Of a stretch of 32,890 nucleotides of DNA, positions 12,352 to 24,887 are shown piece by piece (within the stretch, counting starts at the first letter, position 1; each line of letters begins with the position of its first letter). The stretch lies in the NCBI GenBank assembly GCA_002256025.1, contig NKIB01000402.1, positions 1 to 32,890 of the forward strand, in the 5' to 3' direction. A program made the translations under genes and the position numbers. The notes beneath the pieces are model-generated. The model searched no databases, was not told where the DNA came from, and saw nothing but the letters and a program-made list of their open reading frames with translations. This DNA comes from Asterionella formosa (lineage: Eukaryota).

Positions 12352-13399
12352 TTGTACCCTATCACAGCAAAATAAAAAAACAAATGCTGTACATACATAC
12401 CGGTAGAACATATCACGACGACATCATAGTACGCCGCCCGACAGAAATACGGTTACCAATTGTTTACTTCTACTAATGTGTGCTTTCCATTTGCTCAAGT
12501 TACGGCACATATGCCCAAATTGGTCATACATGTCATCACCATACAACTGTTCCTGTTCACCAGCATTGAATGATGATACCAGATGCATGCTCCAATATTC
12601 CTCTGCTACTCCCTACCATTCACATAAATACAATATCATACATACTATACAGTGAGCAAAAAAATATTTTCCTGTTGCTCCTCCTTTTGTTTTACTAGAG
12701 TATCCTGTAGTCTAGTCATACAAACCTTTTTGTACAACTGTATGGTTTGCTTGATACTGAGGATACCTGTTACTGACCTGCCTCAGTTACTTCCTACCAG
12801 AGGAGAATGAGGATGATGACATGGGAGAAGATGAAAAGCAGCATTAAAGCTATTACTGGTGTTAAATTTCTAAACTACTACAGTTCAAGTTCCTATTGTC
12901 ATCCCTATCATATGACCACTGCACCTACTGGAGGCAAAACTTATAAAGAAAATACTCTATTAGGCTAGCATCAGTCTCAATGCAAACAATGCATTGCGCA
13001 GTAGGCCAAAGAAAAGTGAGCATTAGAGAAGAACAAAGACAGGACAACCAAGAAAGCAAGTAGGTTCACCTGAATAATTGTGTAATCAAAGGTAATGCTT
13101 AGAATTCTTCCTGAAATAAAATTAATAAATGCAGATAATTGGGAAAAAGTAAATAAACTATAAGGAAAAATGAAACCTGGACATCACCAATGCTTGTGAT
13201 TGTGTCCTACATTCTCAAACTCATTGACCAACTCTCCAAAATGCGCCAAGTCCCAATCATGTGGCAGCAGGGGGTGTAAGCTATTTGAAATTCAATTGTG
13301 TTATTATAAAAGTATTCTTATTTCGAGGCACAATCATTGCATTTCATTCAACAGGATTCAATATTGTCTAATCCACTGGCCTCAAGGTAATGAAGCGTA

Positions 13400-14450
13400 T
13401 TCGTCGTTAGCAATTAGCTAAAAGTCAAGGCAAAGGTATCAAACCCGATTGGAAGCAGGTGGAATGTTGCAGTAGTACATTTCAGAATTTTGAGCGTATA
13501 TATAGGGATGTATTTGAAGAAATGGCAAAGATGGATTTTGCAGAAAAGCTGATGACGAATTGTGGCTGAATAAGTGAGGAGTGAATGTTGCAAACATGGA
13601 AAATCCCTGAAAATCAATCTCAGAGCAGGGTTCCTGCTGGGGTTCTTGAATATATCCTTCTGCTCACTGTGGGATTAAAGAACAACAATATTCCACTCAA
13701 TTTGTCAGTTTCTGGAACAACCACAGTTCTCGTCTCCAATGTAACATGGAAAATCCCTGAAAAGCAATCTCAGAACAGGTGTCACCACATTTGTTGAGTT
13801 GATACTGGGAAGGATAAGAATTTTATAGAAGTTAGTATGCAAATGCCAAGAGGAGCCATGTGGGCTACCCTACTAACACTTGAGGAGTCTTAACTCGTAA
13901 CTGGTGCTTAATTAATGAGACTATAGTATGACTTCTGAACTTATGAATTTGACCAAGCAAAGGATATTCTAGGGCACTGGTGGGAATTGCCATTTTCAAG
14001 AAAGAAGGTGCAATGAATCATATGGATGCTCATTATAATTCAAGAAAAAAAATGGAACAGCACAGTCTGCAACGAATCAACAAAAAGGATTACTGCTGGA
14101 CATCACTTTGCGGATGGTATCGGCTCTTTGACTGATCTGGAAATCTGGGATCATGCAAAAAAATAATGAAAATGCAACACGTTGCTCAAATTGGTAAGGA
14201 AAAAAGTGATAAAGAAATGATTAAACAATGATGGACAAGGTTCATGACATGAGTGCGACTGGAAAGCTGATCAAAACATACTATGTGACCAAGCTCAGCA
14301 CTCTTGTATTTTGTTTTAATCATGACGGTGATACACCAGTCCCAAATACAAGGCAATAGCTACTTCAATGATACATGGAGAGTTATCAAGGAGGGAAGCA
14401 GATTCAAGAAATGCGCCAGATGCAGTACAGCTTCCTTGTCCTTAGAATGC
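13400..14450 (+). pseudogene. Degenerate, internally deleted pogo/DDE-1-like transposase relic (a different family from 17421-26255)
   Basis: KQVECCSSTFQNFERIYRDVFEEM then, frameshifted, GFCRKADDELWLNK*G; later KRITAGHHFADGIGSL and KLSTLVFCFNHDGDTPVPNTRQ*LLQ*Y. These match my recollection of diatom pogo-like transposases. A 37-bp direct repeat occurs at 13593 and 13743. Confidence 0.5.
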
Positions 14451-14807
14451 TGTTGAAGGTGGGATCTGGTATCATTGGACTTGAAGACAGGGAACATTTT
14501 GATGGTACTAGAAGAAGCATCATCATGAAAATGCCATAAATGCACAAGAGGTTGGTCCCAGTTTTTTCGACTAAATCAGATTAAAGCCGAACATATTTCA
14601 CACACCTATCAATTTGGAATTGAAATCACTGAAGCAGAAGGTAAATGTCCATAGAACTCGAAATAGCAAAATTGCTACATCTAGCCGGTTATTCAGGTAA
14701 AATGGTGTAGCTACACCTCAGCAGGTATAATCGTTAGAGTGGGTTCCGATTTCATTACAGGTGATAAATAGATTACTAGGTACCAGGAGTACCAGGATTA
14801 CCAGAAG

Positions 14808-16356
14808 GCAAGTTGCGGTCATTTTGCCGAAACTGAAACGCACCAGCAGGCACTCAAATTTGACTCCTATGATAGTATTACTTCGACATTTAGAAATTTC
14901 TAATAGTTTCGCACTTGCTCTTTTTTAAATGTTCTCAAATCAAATATTATGAAATGAGTTCCTGAAACTTTTAGATTCCCAAACCTTGCTAAGATTGGTG
15001 GGTTTTCGATTGGGGAGTTTTTCCTCCAATCTCAATTCCGACTGTCAGGATTTCTTCTTCCAGAAATCTCCTCGTTTACATGCATTTCATACTATGTAAA
15101 GAAGTGCGAACGGCTGTGGTACATATGAACATAAATACCAGTCATGTTCTATAGATATTTTTACAATCATTGGAACATAAGAAATTCCCCATTACCATTA
15201 CAATAGGGCATGATTAAATGATTTTAATTTTTTAATGTTTTGCAACTGTTGAACGTTTTTATTGGTTTCTTAGATAGAATGTAAGTACCGCTAGCAAGAT
15301 GAAGTAGGGAAACAATTGTTGGCATAGCATTGATATTCATTGCGAAATAGCTAAAATAGAAAATCGGCAGAAGCAAAATGGCGCTCGACCGCAGTGACAA
15401 TATCTCCATGATTTATTGACAGATCAAGTCCCGAATTGTTTGTATATAAACGTCATACGCCATGACATTCTTTATAATTTTTGATTGCCTTGACATTCTT
15501 ACTACTACTGGTACTGGTAAACATGTTCCAAGAACAAGCATACGTAGAGCAATCAATAATATATATTGTGTCAGTTCACCAGTACATATAGTAATTATTG
15601 ACTCCAGTATTCAGTAATGTAGTGACAACAAATATTCTACATTAATATACTGGTATATGTATCCCCATACTACATTTGCTTTCAATCATTGCGTAATATA
15701 TGTACACAAATTGGTGGTCAGTAAACATATTCTATTGCTTTGTGCCTCTAATGGAATCAAGCTCTCCAGGAAAACCACCTTATCTATTTTCGATTGGGTG
15801 AATGAGTTTCGCCCTTAAGGTTGCGGCCCCGCAGTTACACATCGCGAGGTCTGTTTATTCCAAAATATTTTAAGATGTACTTCAATCTACACAGTACGTA
15901 CAACTAAATATAATAGTTAAAGGAAAAATTAGCTTTCACCAATACAATCACTTTGCATATGCTTAGATACAGTCATTGCTCGACTTAGGGGTATGATCTA
16001 TATTCATTTTAGTTTGTTTAAAATGGAACTCTATCAATCTGGCGCCGATTCCTATTTAATTCGAATATTCAAATGGACACTCGAATCATGGAAATTCATA
16101 GAAACAAGCTCCTTGTTCCCTTCTGTTTTAACAGCCCTAGTGACATTTCTCCAAACTAGGGTTAAGCCGGGGCTGCAACCTTAAATAGTTCCAGCCAAAT
16201 TGAATTCCAGTAGAAATTTATTCAAAACAATTATGCTGCAAATGAAAGATTTCCATCATCTGAGCTGGCAAGCATATTTATTTACATAGTGGATCATCAG
16301 GCATGAATATCTGATATGCCCAAATCATCTTTTTCGGCAAAGTTACCGCAACTGGC
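14808..16356. mobile_element. 1.55-kb non-autonomous element sharing TIRs with the ~90-bp MITE family
   Basis: Left GCAAGTTGCGGTCATTTTGCCGAAA; right TTTCGGCAAAGTTACCGCAACTGGC. No intact ORF inside. Confidence 0.7.
15819..16180. mobile_element. 362-bp TTAA-flanked mini element (Kolobok-like GG...CC termini) nested in 14808-16356
   Basis: TTAA|GGTTGCGGCCCCG ... CGGGGCTGCAACC|TTAA: 13-bp TIR with one mismatch and a TTAA TSD. Purine 5' termini favour Kolobok over piggyBac. Confidence 0.7.
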
Positions 16357-17633
16357 AGTACTACGGAGCGAAATTAGTAGCATGTCGGGAAAGAATTGGT
16401 CTGGTGTTGTGATGGTCATATGATGTGCATACCGGTAACAGGATGCCAACATTTTCAATTATTCCCTTTGACCTTGTACATGCACAACTAGAGCCGAGAG
16501 AAATCGCTGCAGCTATGTATGAAATATGAAGCAATGAAGTCTTTATGATTAGAAAGACGCGTGGTAGTCAATTTACATCACTCAAACATTCTTATCGATT
16601 ACACTGTGTTTATGTATGGTCTGGGGTCCAGGGTAACCAGGCAGTTTTTGTGAAGTTAACAATGAGGCAGTCCCCACGCTCATCTTACATGTTCAAGAAT
16701 CATCATCCAGTACCATCACATAATGCAAACTCAAGGATGCAGCAACTATCATATACTTCATTGTCCTGGACCCCCCAATGAACACTGCTGTGACTGAATT
16801 TGACTGATTTTACTTAAGGGGGGTCAAGGACAATGAAGAGATTTACTTAATACCAGACCAGAGTAAAATTCATCAGTTCTGCAGGATAGAGCAAATTTTT
16901 CTAAGATATGTTAATATGACAATTATTTCCGTAATGTGAAAAATGAGGGAGTTCTTCACCTCGCAAGAAAAACACGACTTCATGTTGTTATCGGCGATCT
17001 CAATTTTTGTTGTCATTTTTAGTGTCATTTCTTTACTTCTTTTACGATTGTATTTTCCATGTCGTTCTTAATACAGGTTGCAAGCAGCAAAGCGTCGTTC
17101 TCAATTTTCGTGGAGATAATTCGTATTTTCTTCATGGTCAAGGTTCCAACAACATCAGCATGAAGGATTCTCAAGCTGCTCACAACCACTACCTGTCTTC
17201 TCTTGTGTTTTATATGTACAAAAGAATCGCAAAATCGTAGCTAAATAATTATATACTAATGCATATGAGCACCAAAAGAATTATAGCAGGTTACGTTGAC
17301 TATGACAAGAAAATTATTGGGTGCTTGGTTCCACCTCGAAAAAAATGTACCGGAAGGTCCGGTAATCAGCGGCATTGCGCGCAATATTTACTAAAAATAC
17401 CACGTAGCGGTTTCAACTTACCGTAAAACCTGGTGTCTCGTATCCCCCCAGATACCTGTACCCCCTTGTACATCTGGGAGAACACTCCCAAATACTTCCT
17501 GTGTACAGAAGAAATAACACAACATAAACATATTCTATTTATTGGTATGTATTTTTAAATATTACCAGTACCCTACTGTTCCCTGTAAAGTATCATCACC
17601 TGTAAAATATTGTCACATATACCGGTAGGCAAC

Positions 17634-18026
17634 ATGATAATTGCGGACGACATTTGTGACGGCGAAATCCTTGGCCTCAGAGGTACCACCAATGGAAGAA
17701 GCTGTGAGTAGTATGCCTGCTGTGGGGCAATTGTAAGGCCGAATGATTGTGTTCGGTTCACGGCAGCAGTGGTCCCGATTGATGGAATTGATCAGGCAGG
17801 TATCAAGGCTGTTCTGATCCTTGATGGGACGGAACTGTGCACGGTTGGTTTCCTTGGCAAGAATATTGCAGCTTTGAAGAAAACAAGTGACAAGTTTGTC
17901 AACAATTTTGCTAAAGTTATTGAACTCTATGACTCTAGTGAAAATGCTGCCAAAAGGGCGAAAAGCCACAATAACCTTGGAGTTTGTTCATTCCGGCTTC
18001 TTGAGGACATCCAGATTCAGGAATAG
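17634..18026 (+). pseudogene. Second gene inside the pogo element: 130-codon Cys/His-motif protein (DGEILGL..TNGRSCE*YACCG...VRF...CTVGFL...ELY) with one premature stop
   Basis: ATG 17634 is in frame with ORF 17769-18026; a single TAG lies at 17709-17711. It is inside the TIRs and convergent with the transposase. Confidence 0.75.
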
Positions 18027-18265
18027 ATGTTACGAAAACTGGAAAAGTTTTCAAGTCCTTCAACCGATCTACACTAGAATATTAATAATCGTATTAGAAA
18101 TCAGCTTTTGCATCATTAGAATCACTTCGTTTTGGGTTTTTTGTGGTCATCAGCTTAATTTATTTGCCTATTAGGGTTTGCCATCCTGAATCTATTTGAC
18201 GATAATGATTGTTTCACTAAAATTAAATGTTAAAATGGATTATCAAATAATCCGATCCTACTTGA

Positions 18266-18492
18266 CTAGTTAACAGCAGCAAAGCCCTCACATCCAATGC
18301 TCTTCCAGGTATTGGTGATGGTAGCCCATGCCATTTCTACCAATTGTGCAATGTGGTGCCTTTGCACCTTGGCATTATCCATATTGGCAACCATGAAGTT
18401 TCCCAATATCCTCTCATGTATTTCTTGACGGGCTTACTAACTCCTTCATCCAATACTTGAAGTCTAGATGTATAGCCTGGGAGGACAAAATC
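18266..18492 (-). pseudogene. pogo transposase, C-terminal part (DFVLPGYTSRLQVLDEGVSKPVK...HIAQLVEMAW...NTWKSIG)
   Basis: Contains the third catalytic Asp motif (P..T..LQ.LD) and continues exactly from the 24888 breakpoint. One frameshift near 18400; stop at 18266. Confidence 0.9.
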
Positions 18493-18791
18493 CGTCTGCA
18501 AATAAAAAATATCATGCATGTATGATCAAGGGCATCGTGCGCTAAGTGGCACAGGATTTTCATATATATGATAATTTTTGGATCAAAACTATGATCAAGG
18601 TATCTTATAACTATGATGATTTATTGATATTTTACCAACCTTGAAGTATAATGATAATAAGAACATTATCATCACACAATGTATATCAACTCATCAACAA
18701 CATTTCTCATCAATATCATAAACCTTCTCATATTATTTTCACTTCTCGTGATCGCCAAATGTAAATTATAACTACAACGCATCCTAAAATC

Positions 18792-20280
18792 AGCTCAACT
18801 CTATGCTATCATGTGAATTGTTTCATCGTATATCTATCTTAAACATGATCATCATACTAATCACAAGCATTGCACAAAATAGATTGAAATGGATCGTAAT
18901 TTAATGAACAAATTTAACAATGACATTTCTGTTTCGACAGCTACCTGAGGAATGTTTCTCTCCTCTTCCACTCGTCTCAATGTATATTATTCCTGTCTCG
19001 CTTTTTTCTCAATCTTTTCTGAATCTTGTGCCAAGCAATGCCTTACTAATATTGCGTCTCTCTCCCTGCTATTAGTGTCATTCTGAACTCGCCGACTATT
19101 TCGTTGTTTGATCGGTTTTATTGTCCTATGATGCAGTTACAGTAACAATGAGAAGGAATGACTTGTTAGCTAGACATGTTACACTGACACAACATCACGC
19201 CTTTCCATCGTATCCTCTTGCTTGCTTCGCTTACCACAAATCAAAGCAAATGAGGAGGCATAAGTCTGTAATAGTAAATTGTCAGTAAATTCTTGAATAA
19301 TTAAGTTTCAGGTTGCTTTCCAATGTTGCCAAATAAAACTTACCGATTCATTTTCGTTAGCTTAACTTTGAGAGAAGGTAATGGTGCGTGTCCGTCAGTT
19401 ATGTTCCATCAGAAGTGAATACTAGGTCCAACGACAAGAGCACTTACCAATTTTGTTTTGTTTTACATTGGTGCTCCCCAACAAGCAAAACGAGCTGTTG
19501 ATTCAACTGAGAAAAAAGGAAATGTGCATTTAGTTTACAAGCTCAACTCTATGCTATCATTTAAATTGTTTCATCGTGAATCCATTGAAAATATCATCAT
19601 AATTCTAATCACAAGCATTGTTCAAAATAGATTGAAATGGATCATAATTTAACTATCAAATTTTTAGCAATGCTATCTATGATTCTACAGGCCAGCAGCC
19701 CAACGTTTCTCTCTTTACTTGGCTCAATGTATATTGTTCCTGTCTCGCCCTTTCCTTCCTCTATTCTGAATCATATGCCAGGCAGTGCCTACTAATGTTG
19801 CGTCTCTTTCACTGCTGTTAGTGTCACTCTGAACTCGCCGACTATTCCGTTGTTTGATTGGTTTTATTGTCCTATGCAGTTACAGTAACAATGAGAAGGA
19901 ATGATTTGTTATCTAGTCATGTTACATTGACACAACGACACGCAATTCCACCGTATCCTCTTGCTTCACTTACCACAAATCAAAGCAACTGATGCATAAA
20001 TCTGTAATAGTAAATTGTCAGTAAATTCTTGAATAAGAAAGTTTAGTAAGTTTCAGGTATCCAATGTTGTCGAATAAAACTTACCGATTCATTTTCGTCA
20101 GCTTAACTGTGAGAGAAGGTAAACGTGTCTGTCATTTATGTTCCAACAGAAGTGAATAGGTGCAATGACAAGAGCACTGACCAATTTTGTTTTGTTTTAC
20201 ATTGGTGCTCCCAAACAAGCGAAATGAGCTTTTGAATATTGAATCAACTGAGAAGAAAGGAAACATGCCTTTAGTTTACA
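18792..20280. repeat. Diverged ~745-bp tandem duplication (18792-19539 and 19540-20280)
   Basis: Both copies start AGCTCAACTCTATGCTATCAT, end TAGTTTACA and align along their length. Confidence 0.95.
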
Positions 20281-20460
20281 ATTGGTTGTTGTCCTCCCAA
20301 CGATTCTTGTCATCCATGTACCACATTGATGGCTTCATTAGCTTAAACATTCTCCATCCTTCGAAGGCGCAATGTGTCGAAGCCACAATGTTTTTCGTTA
20401 TTGCGTAAACTTTCCTTGTTATATTCTTTACTTTGATATTTCTTTTCACGAAGCAGGCAA

Positions 20461-20601
20461 TTGTTTGTTAACATGACAGAACGATTTCAAAAAAATTTGC
20501 CATGTATATAGTTATAAAATTTGTAAATATATTGTTTGTTAACATGACAGAACGATTTCAAATATATTTGCCATGTATATAGTTATAAATTTGTAAATAT
20601 A
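20461..20601. repeat. ~71-bp tandem duplication
   Basis: TTGTTTGTTAACATGACAGAACGATTTCAAA...TTTGTAAATATA occurs twice (20461 and 20532). Confidence 0.95.
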
Positions 20602-20987
20602 TAAATATTTGAAGTGTTGTACATTTATAAAATTCAAAGAGACTCTCAAATCGGCGTGTCTGGTATTGTTAAGATGATTATACTCGCATATACACAATTC
20701 GAAAATATGCAATGCACGATATGTCCATTGTTTTCCACGATTTCTTGAACCGGTACTGTTTCTGAAATTTGTTTGCATCAATATTTTCTATGTCCGTTGG
20801 AACTAATTATTTAGACCATCCAATTGGTGCCCATTTGTATCATTATTTTTACTCAAGGATTTTGGTAGCCAATTATTTAAGCCCTTTTTTGGCGGTAGTT
20901 CTTCATGTGTACATCATATGATCATGACATTTTATCATTTATATACAGAGTACCAGTAGCAGGTAGGAAGTGATATACTGGGTGTAT

Positions 20988-21210
20988 TCGGAGTAGTAAG
21001 CAAGCAACAGAACATCATATGTAAAGGACCATTGCTACTGTAGTGGGACAGTAATTTATCATAGTTTCAGGATTGTATGATTGTAAAATTGAAAGGGGGT
21101 AGTCGGAGTAGTAAGCGAGGAACAGAACACCATATGTTCAGGACGGTTGCTACTGCAGCGGGACAGTAAATCATCATAGTTTCAGGATTGTATGATCATA
21201 AAATTGAAAG
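20988..21210. repeat. ~115-bp tandem duplication
   Basis: TCGGAGTAGTAAGC...ATCATAGTTTCAGGATTGTATGAT...AAATTGAAAG occurs at 20988 and 21103. Confidence 0.95.
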
Positions 21211-21403
21211 CAAGTTATGCTATTACTCAAACTCGCTTCTGATTTCGTATACGATAATGTAAATATCAATGTTGGTCTTATGGTATCATACCTAGATAGC
21301 GTAAAATATTATATGTAGTGGCTGATGATTCATTTCATTGTAGCAACACCTGATTTTAAGATCATCGAACTTTAGACAACAACAACAGTTATCTAGTAGT
21401 ACA

Positions 21404-22352
21404 ATGTCTTCAAAAAACCATAAAGAGGTTCATGGAAAAAAGCGACATGTGGCAAATACTGCCGGTATGGAACAAAGAAGCAAGTTCCAAAATGACTTTA
21501 CAAAGAAAAAGCGAATAGGCAATTATCCTAAGGAACCCAATCGGCGACAGGGAATTAGTGGGGGTACTACCCCATCGTCGATGGGGACACCATCAGCTAC
21601 TGCTAGTACAAAGGCTCCCGTAATTGATACTGAAAGCAATGATGACGTTTCTTTTTCAGTTGTTGATACAAGAAAAATGGCTCCTGTCGATGATACCATT
21701 AATAACTCCCAGATGCAGATGGACGACATGGTACCATATCATAAATTTTCTAATAGCACGGACCAACAAGTATATGACAAACTGAGGGAAAAACACTTTG
21801 CACTTGCCAAAGGATATTATCAATTGTTCAATGAACTAAATCACTAGAAAGGTCGTAATTCGGTTCAAAACTCGTCCATACGAGGTTATCAAGAATCTTC
21901 AATTTCAGCAGCCTTATCAGAACGTCGTTCTCGCTTAGCTAAAATTGATCCATCAACTGTAACAAAGGTTGTGAGTTTTATTTTCAAGACCAAGAAGTTT
22001 TGCTGTGAACATGTAAGTTTGAGGTTATAGTTCGTGAATTGCAGGTACTGCAAAAAAGAATATCAATCTAATGTGCTTCTTTCTGGTCCCAAAAGAGAAT
22101 CAAACATCCCGCCCTGCCTATCTGGTCCAAGTAGTATGAAAGGCATTTCCAATCACAAACAGGATTGGTTTGCCCAATGTTGACCTGCCTAACATGGCTA
22201 TACACAGTGAAACCGGAGTTGGGTAAAGAAGTGGAGAGTGACCCAGAGCTTGCCGATTTCATATGGAATAATTCTGATGCACTACTTCCGATGAATCAGA
22301 CCATCGAACATACCAACAAAGCACGTTTAGATTAATCAAATCAACATTTGGT
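21404..22352 (+). pseudogene. Decayed spliced accessory gene of the 6.4-kb element (basic NLS-like N-terminus, Ser/Thr linker, helical domain)
   Basis: The 147-aa ORF continues in frame past TAG 21845 (KGRNSVQ...KVVSFIFKTKKFCCEH) to a GTAAGT donor at 22014; a later segment reads VKPELGKEVESDPELADFIWNNS. Family not recognised. Confidence 0.5.
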
Positions 22353-22558
22353 GGTATGTGCATTAAAAAGTTGAGAGAATGTCAGAATGTATTGAATAAT
22401 CAATTTAAAGGAATCTTAGGTAAATTGCAGGGAGATGCTCCCAAAGCATGATGTTTTGATTTGGTGATTATATTCTTATCAAATATGTTTCAATTTAAAA
22501 ATGCTAACATAATTCATGACACACCAGCTGCTCTAACAGAATATAAATTCCAGACTAT

Positions 22559-22680
22559 GGATATTGATGACTTTATTGGTGGGCGTTCACGTTTTATCGT
22601 TTTGCACAGTCAAAGGATATTGATGACTTTATTAGGTGGGCGTTCACGTTTTATCGTTTTGCACAGTCAAAGGACATTGA
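22559..22680. repeat. 56/57-bp tandem duplication
   Basis: GGATATTGATGACTTTATT(A)GGTGGGCGTTCACGTTTTATCGTTTTGCACAGTCAAA occurs twice, plus a partial third copy. Confidence 0.95.
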
Positions 22681-22739
22681 CAGGGGAAGCCAAGGATACC
22701 AAGTCTGACGTGATGTTCTTGCTCCGGTGTATTTTATAG

Positions 22740-23280
22740 GCAGGACAAGCCGTGGAGATCCATTTTTAACAGGAGACAAATCTGGTGTGACCAAGCCAAA
22801 TCAACTAAGTCTTCGGGCACAGTGTGAATTGCAATCATGTTTTGTTGGTTCGCTGATCAATGCCAGTACAGAAGCAGTCTTCATCCGCGAAGAACAACTG
22901 TTTGGGTTTCCTTGGCTCTTCGAAAGCAATCTTTCCTTCTTTTCAATCTCTGCCACTATTGAATCGGCATACTTCATTATTTTTTCTGGAGTATTATAAA
23001 TCTGTTCAAATTCATCTGATTTTTGAGTATATTCAAATGAATCTTCGATTGATTTCATAAGTTTCTTTATCTTCATTTCCGAAAACATAAAGTTGTGTAG
23101 TGTAAACGACGGAAGTAAGTCACGTTTCTTGTTTGACTGATCCTTTACATGAAATCGATTAAAACCATGAAATGCCATTTGGAAAGTTGTCAAAGGGCCA
23201 GAAGACTATGATGTAAAACAGTGGAAGGGAAACGCGGAACTTTGCGGCGCTTGTGGAGGTGCAACTGGTGTGATGGCAAC
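22740..23280 (-). pseudogene. Coding-like segment of unknown function inside the 6.4-kb element
   Basis: 130-aa open stretch (22801-23193) with protein-like composition in AT-rich DNA; apparent frameshifted 5' extension (HLHKRRKVPRFPSTVLHHSLL). Confidence 0.4.
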
Positions 23281-24887
23281 CGAGTGTAGTAATTGTTGAA
23301 CAGAGCACAGTGTAATATGCATGTTGTGCCAGCGTAATGTTTACACAATACATATATAACAAGGAAAGATAACACGACAATGAACAAAATGGCTGGTTGT
23401 GGAGGATACCGGTATGTGATATGCATCAACCCATACTACAAATCATATTATGGTGATGTATATACCAACGCATCCGTATATTTAGATCCTATTCACTATA
23501 TAATACTTTCATATCAATTATTTGCTTTTACTGTATACACTTAAAGTCGAATATATATATTCACTAATATTTTTTATGATTGATCAATCTTTCTTCTATG
23601 ATGTATTGATAACACTTGCATTCATATTTTTTCGTATTTTATTATCGTTGTAATTTTTTTAACACAATCATATTTTGATTAAAAAATATCATAAACATTT
23701 TATTACATCGCTTGTCATAGTTCCATGATCAATATATGATATGTATGTGATATACTTTATTCAATAATATGTATCATATTTTGTATGCATCGAAGCAACC
23801 CTATCGTGATATCACATTATCATCTTATCAATCATTCAATGTTGATTGGGAACTGTATTCTGCATTGTACTATGGAGTATGATCTTATAACACGCACTTT
23901 AGTAGCTAAGTCACTCCTGTTATGTACACAAGTTGACAGTGAAAGTCCTACACACACGCTAAGCAGGTTTGAGGCAATAGACAGTTCCAACAAGCAAATG
24001 ACAATACGGATATCAAATTCTTCCAATGGCAAACCACAATGATAATGATGAAGGACATTTGTCACTCTATTGTTGATGATACAGATACCGGGCGAGGTTT
24101 CCATGAGCAAACAACAATGAAGAGTGCCACTTGCTGTCGCTCTATTGATGGTAACAAAGATGCGAACAAATTCAATAGTAAATACAAGTACAGCATGCGA
24201 AATGCGGAAACGAGCGACATGAAAAAGAAATTGTAATCAGAATCATTCAATAACTATAACTATGTGGATAGCAGTCTGTTACATTTTCGTATCTTCTTCT
24301 TTGCTGAATCTCAATGGTAGATGTAGTATCATGTGACAATTGAAAATGTCAACAAGAACAAGTAGAATGTGTTTGTTTATAAGTTGATTTGCAAGATTGT
24401 CATGCTGGTGGTCGACACAATGGAGTTACTATTTGCGCTGTGTGCGGAACCATTCCGAGTTTGAATGATTTCTTCTCTGTAAACTCTTAATTGAATGATT
24501 ATAAACATAGGTTAACTGTACATGACGATTACTCAAAGATATAATGATCACTTGACCAACAATTGAAGACGTCGTTATCGCAAACAATCATTCCACTTGT
24601 CATCGCTAGTATTTCGTTGTTGTTGCAAAAATCGGAGTGATGACGGATGAAAATGACGAGCCAAATTACATCACTTCAGCTGGTACATTTTTCTACCAAG
24701 AAATTCAAATACAGCAATCTAATAGTAACAATACATATAATAATTAAATATACATAGTCAAAAGGGTTGCTATTTAAATTACAAGGGCATTTATCAAAAT
24801 TATTAGATGATATAACGAAAATTTATGATTAGATGATCACAATCCTATGATGCATGATGGGAATATGATGGTTTTTATTTGGAGACG

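Larger units (their letters stand above)
18493..24887. mobile_element. 6395-bp TIR element with a 2-bp TSD (TC), possibly CMC/EnSpm-like, inserted in the pogo transposase
   Basis: TC|CGTCTGCAAATAAAAAATATCAT ... ATGATGGTTTTTATTTGGAGACG|TC. Removing it plus one TC restores GTT GAT TTT GTC (V-D-F-V). Subterminal regions are rich in ATCAT/ATGAT. Confidence 0.9.

Noticed and set aside
16360..16755. Possible copia RNase H remnant
   Set aside because: Similarity (LKHSYRLH...) is too weak to support without a profile search.
18792..20280. LTR pair
   Set aside because: The copies are directly adjacent, with no internal region, TG...CA ends, PBS or TSD.
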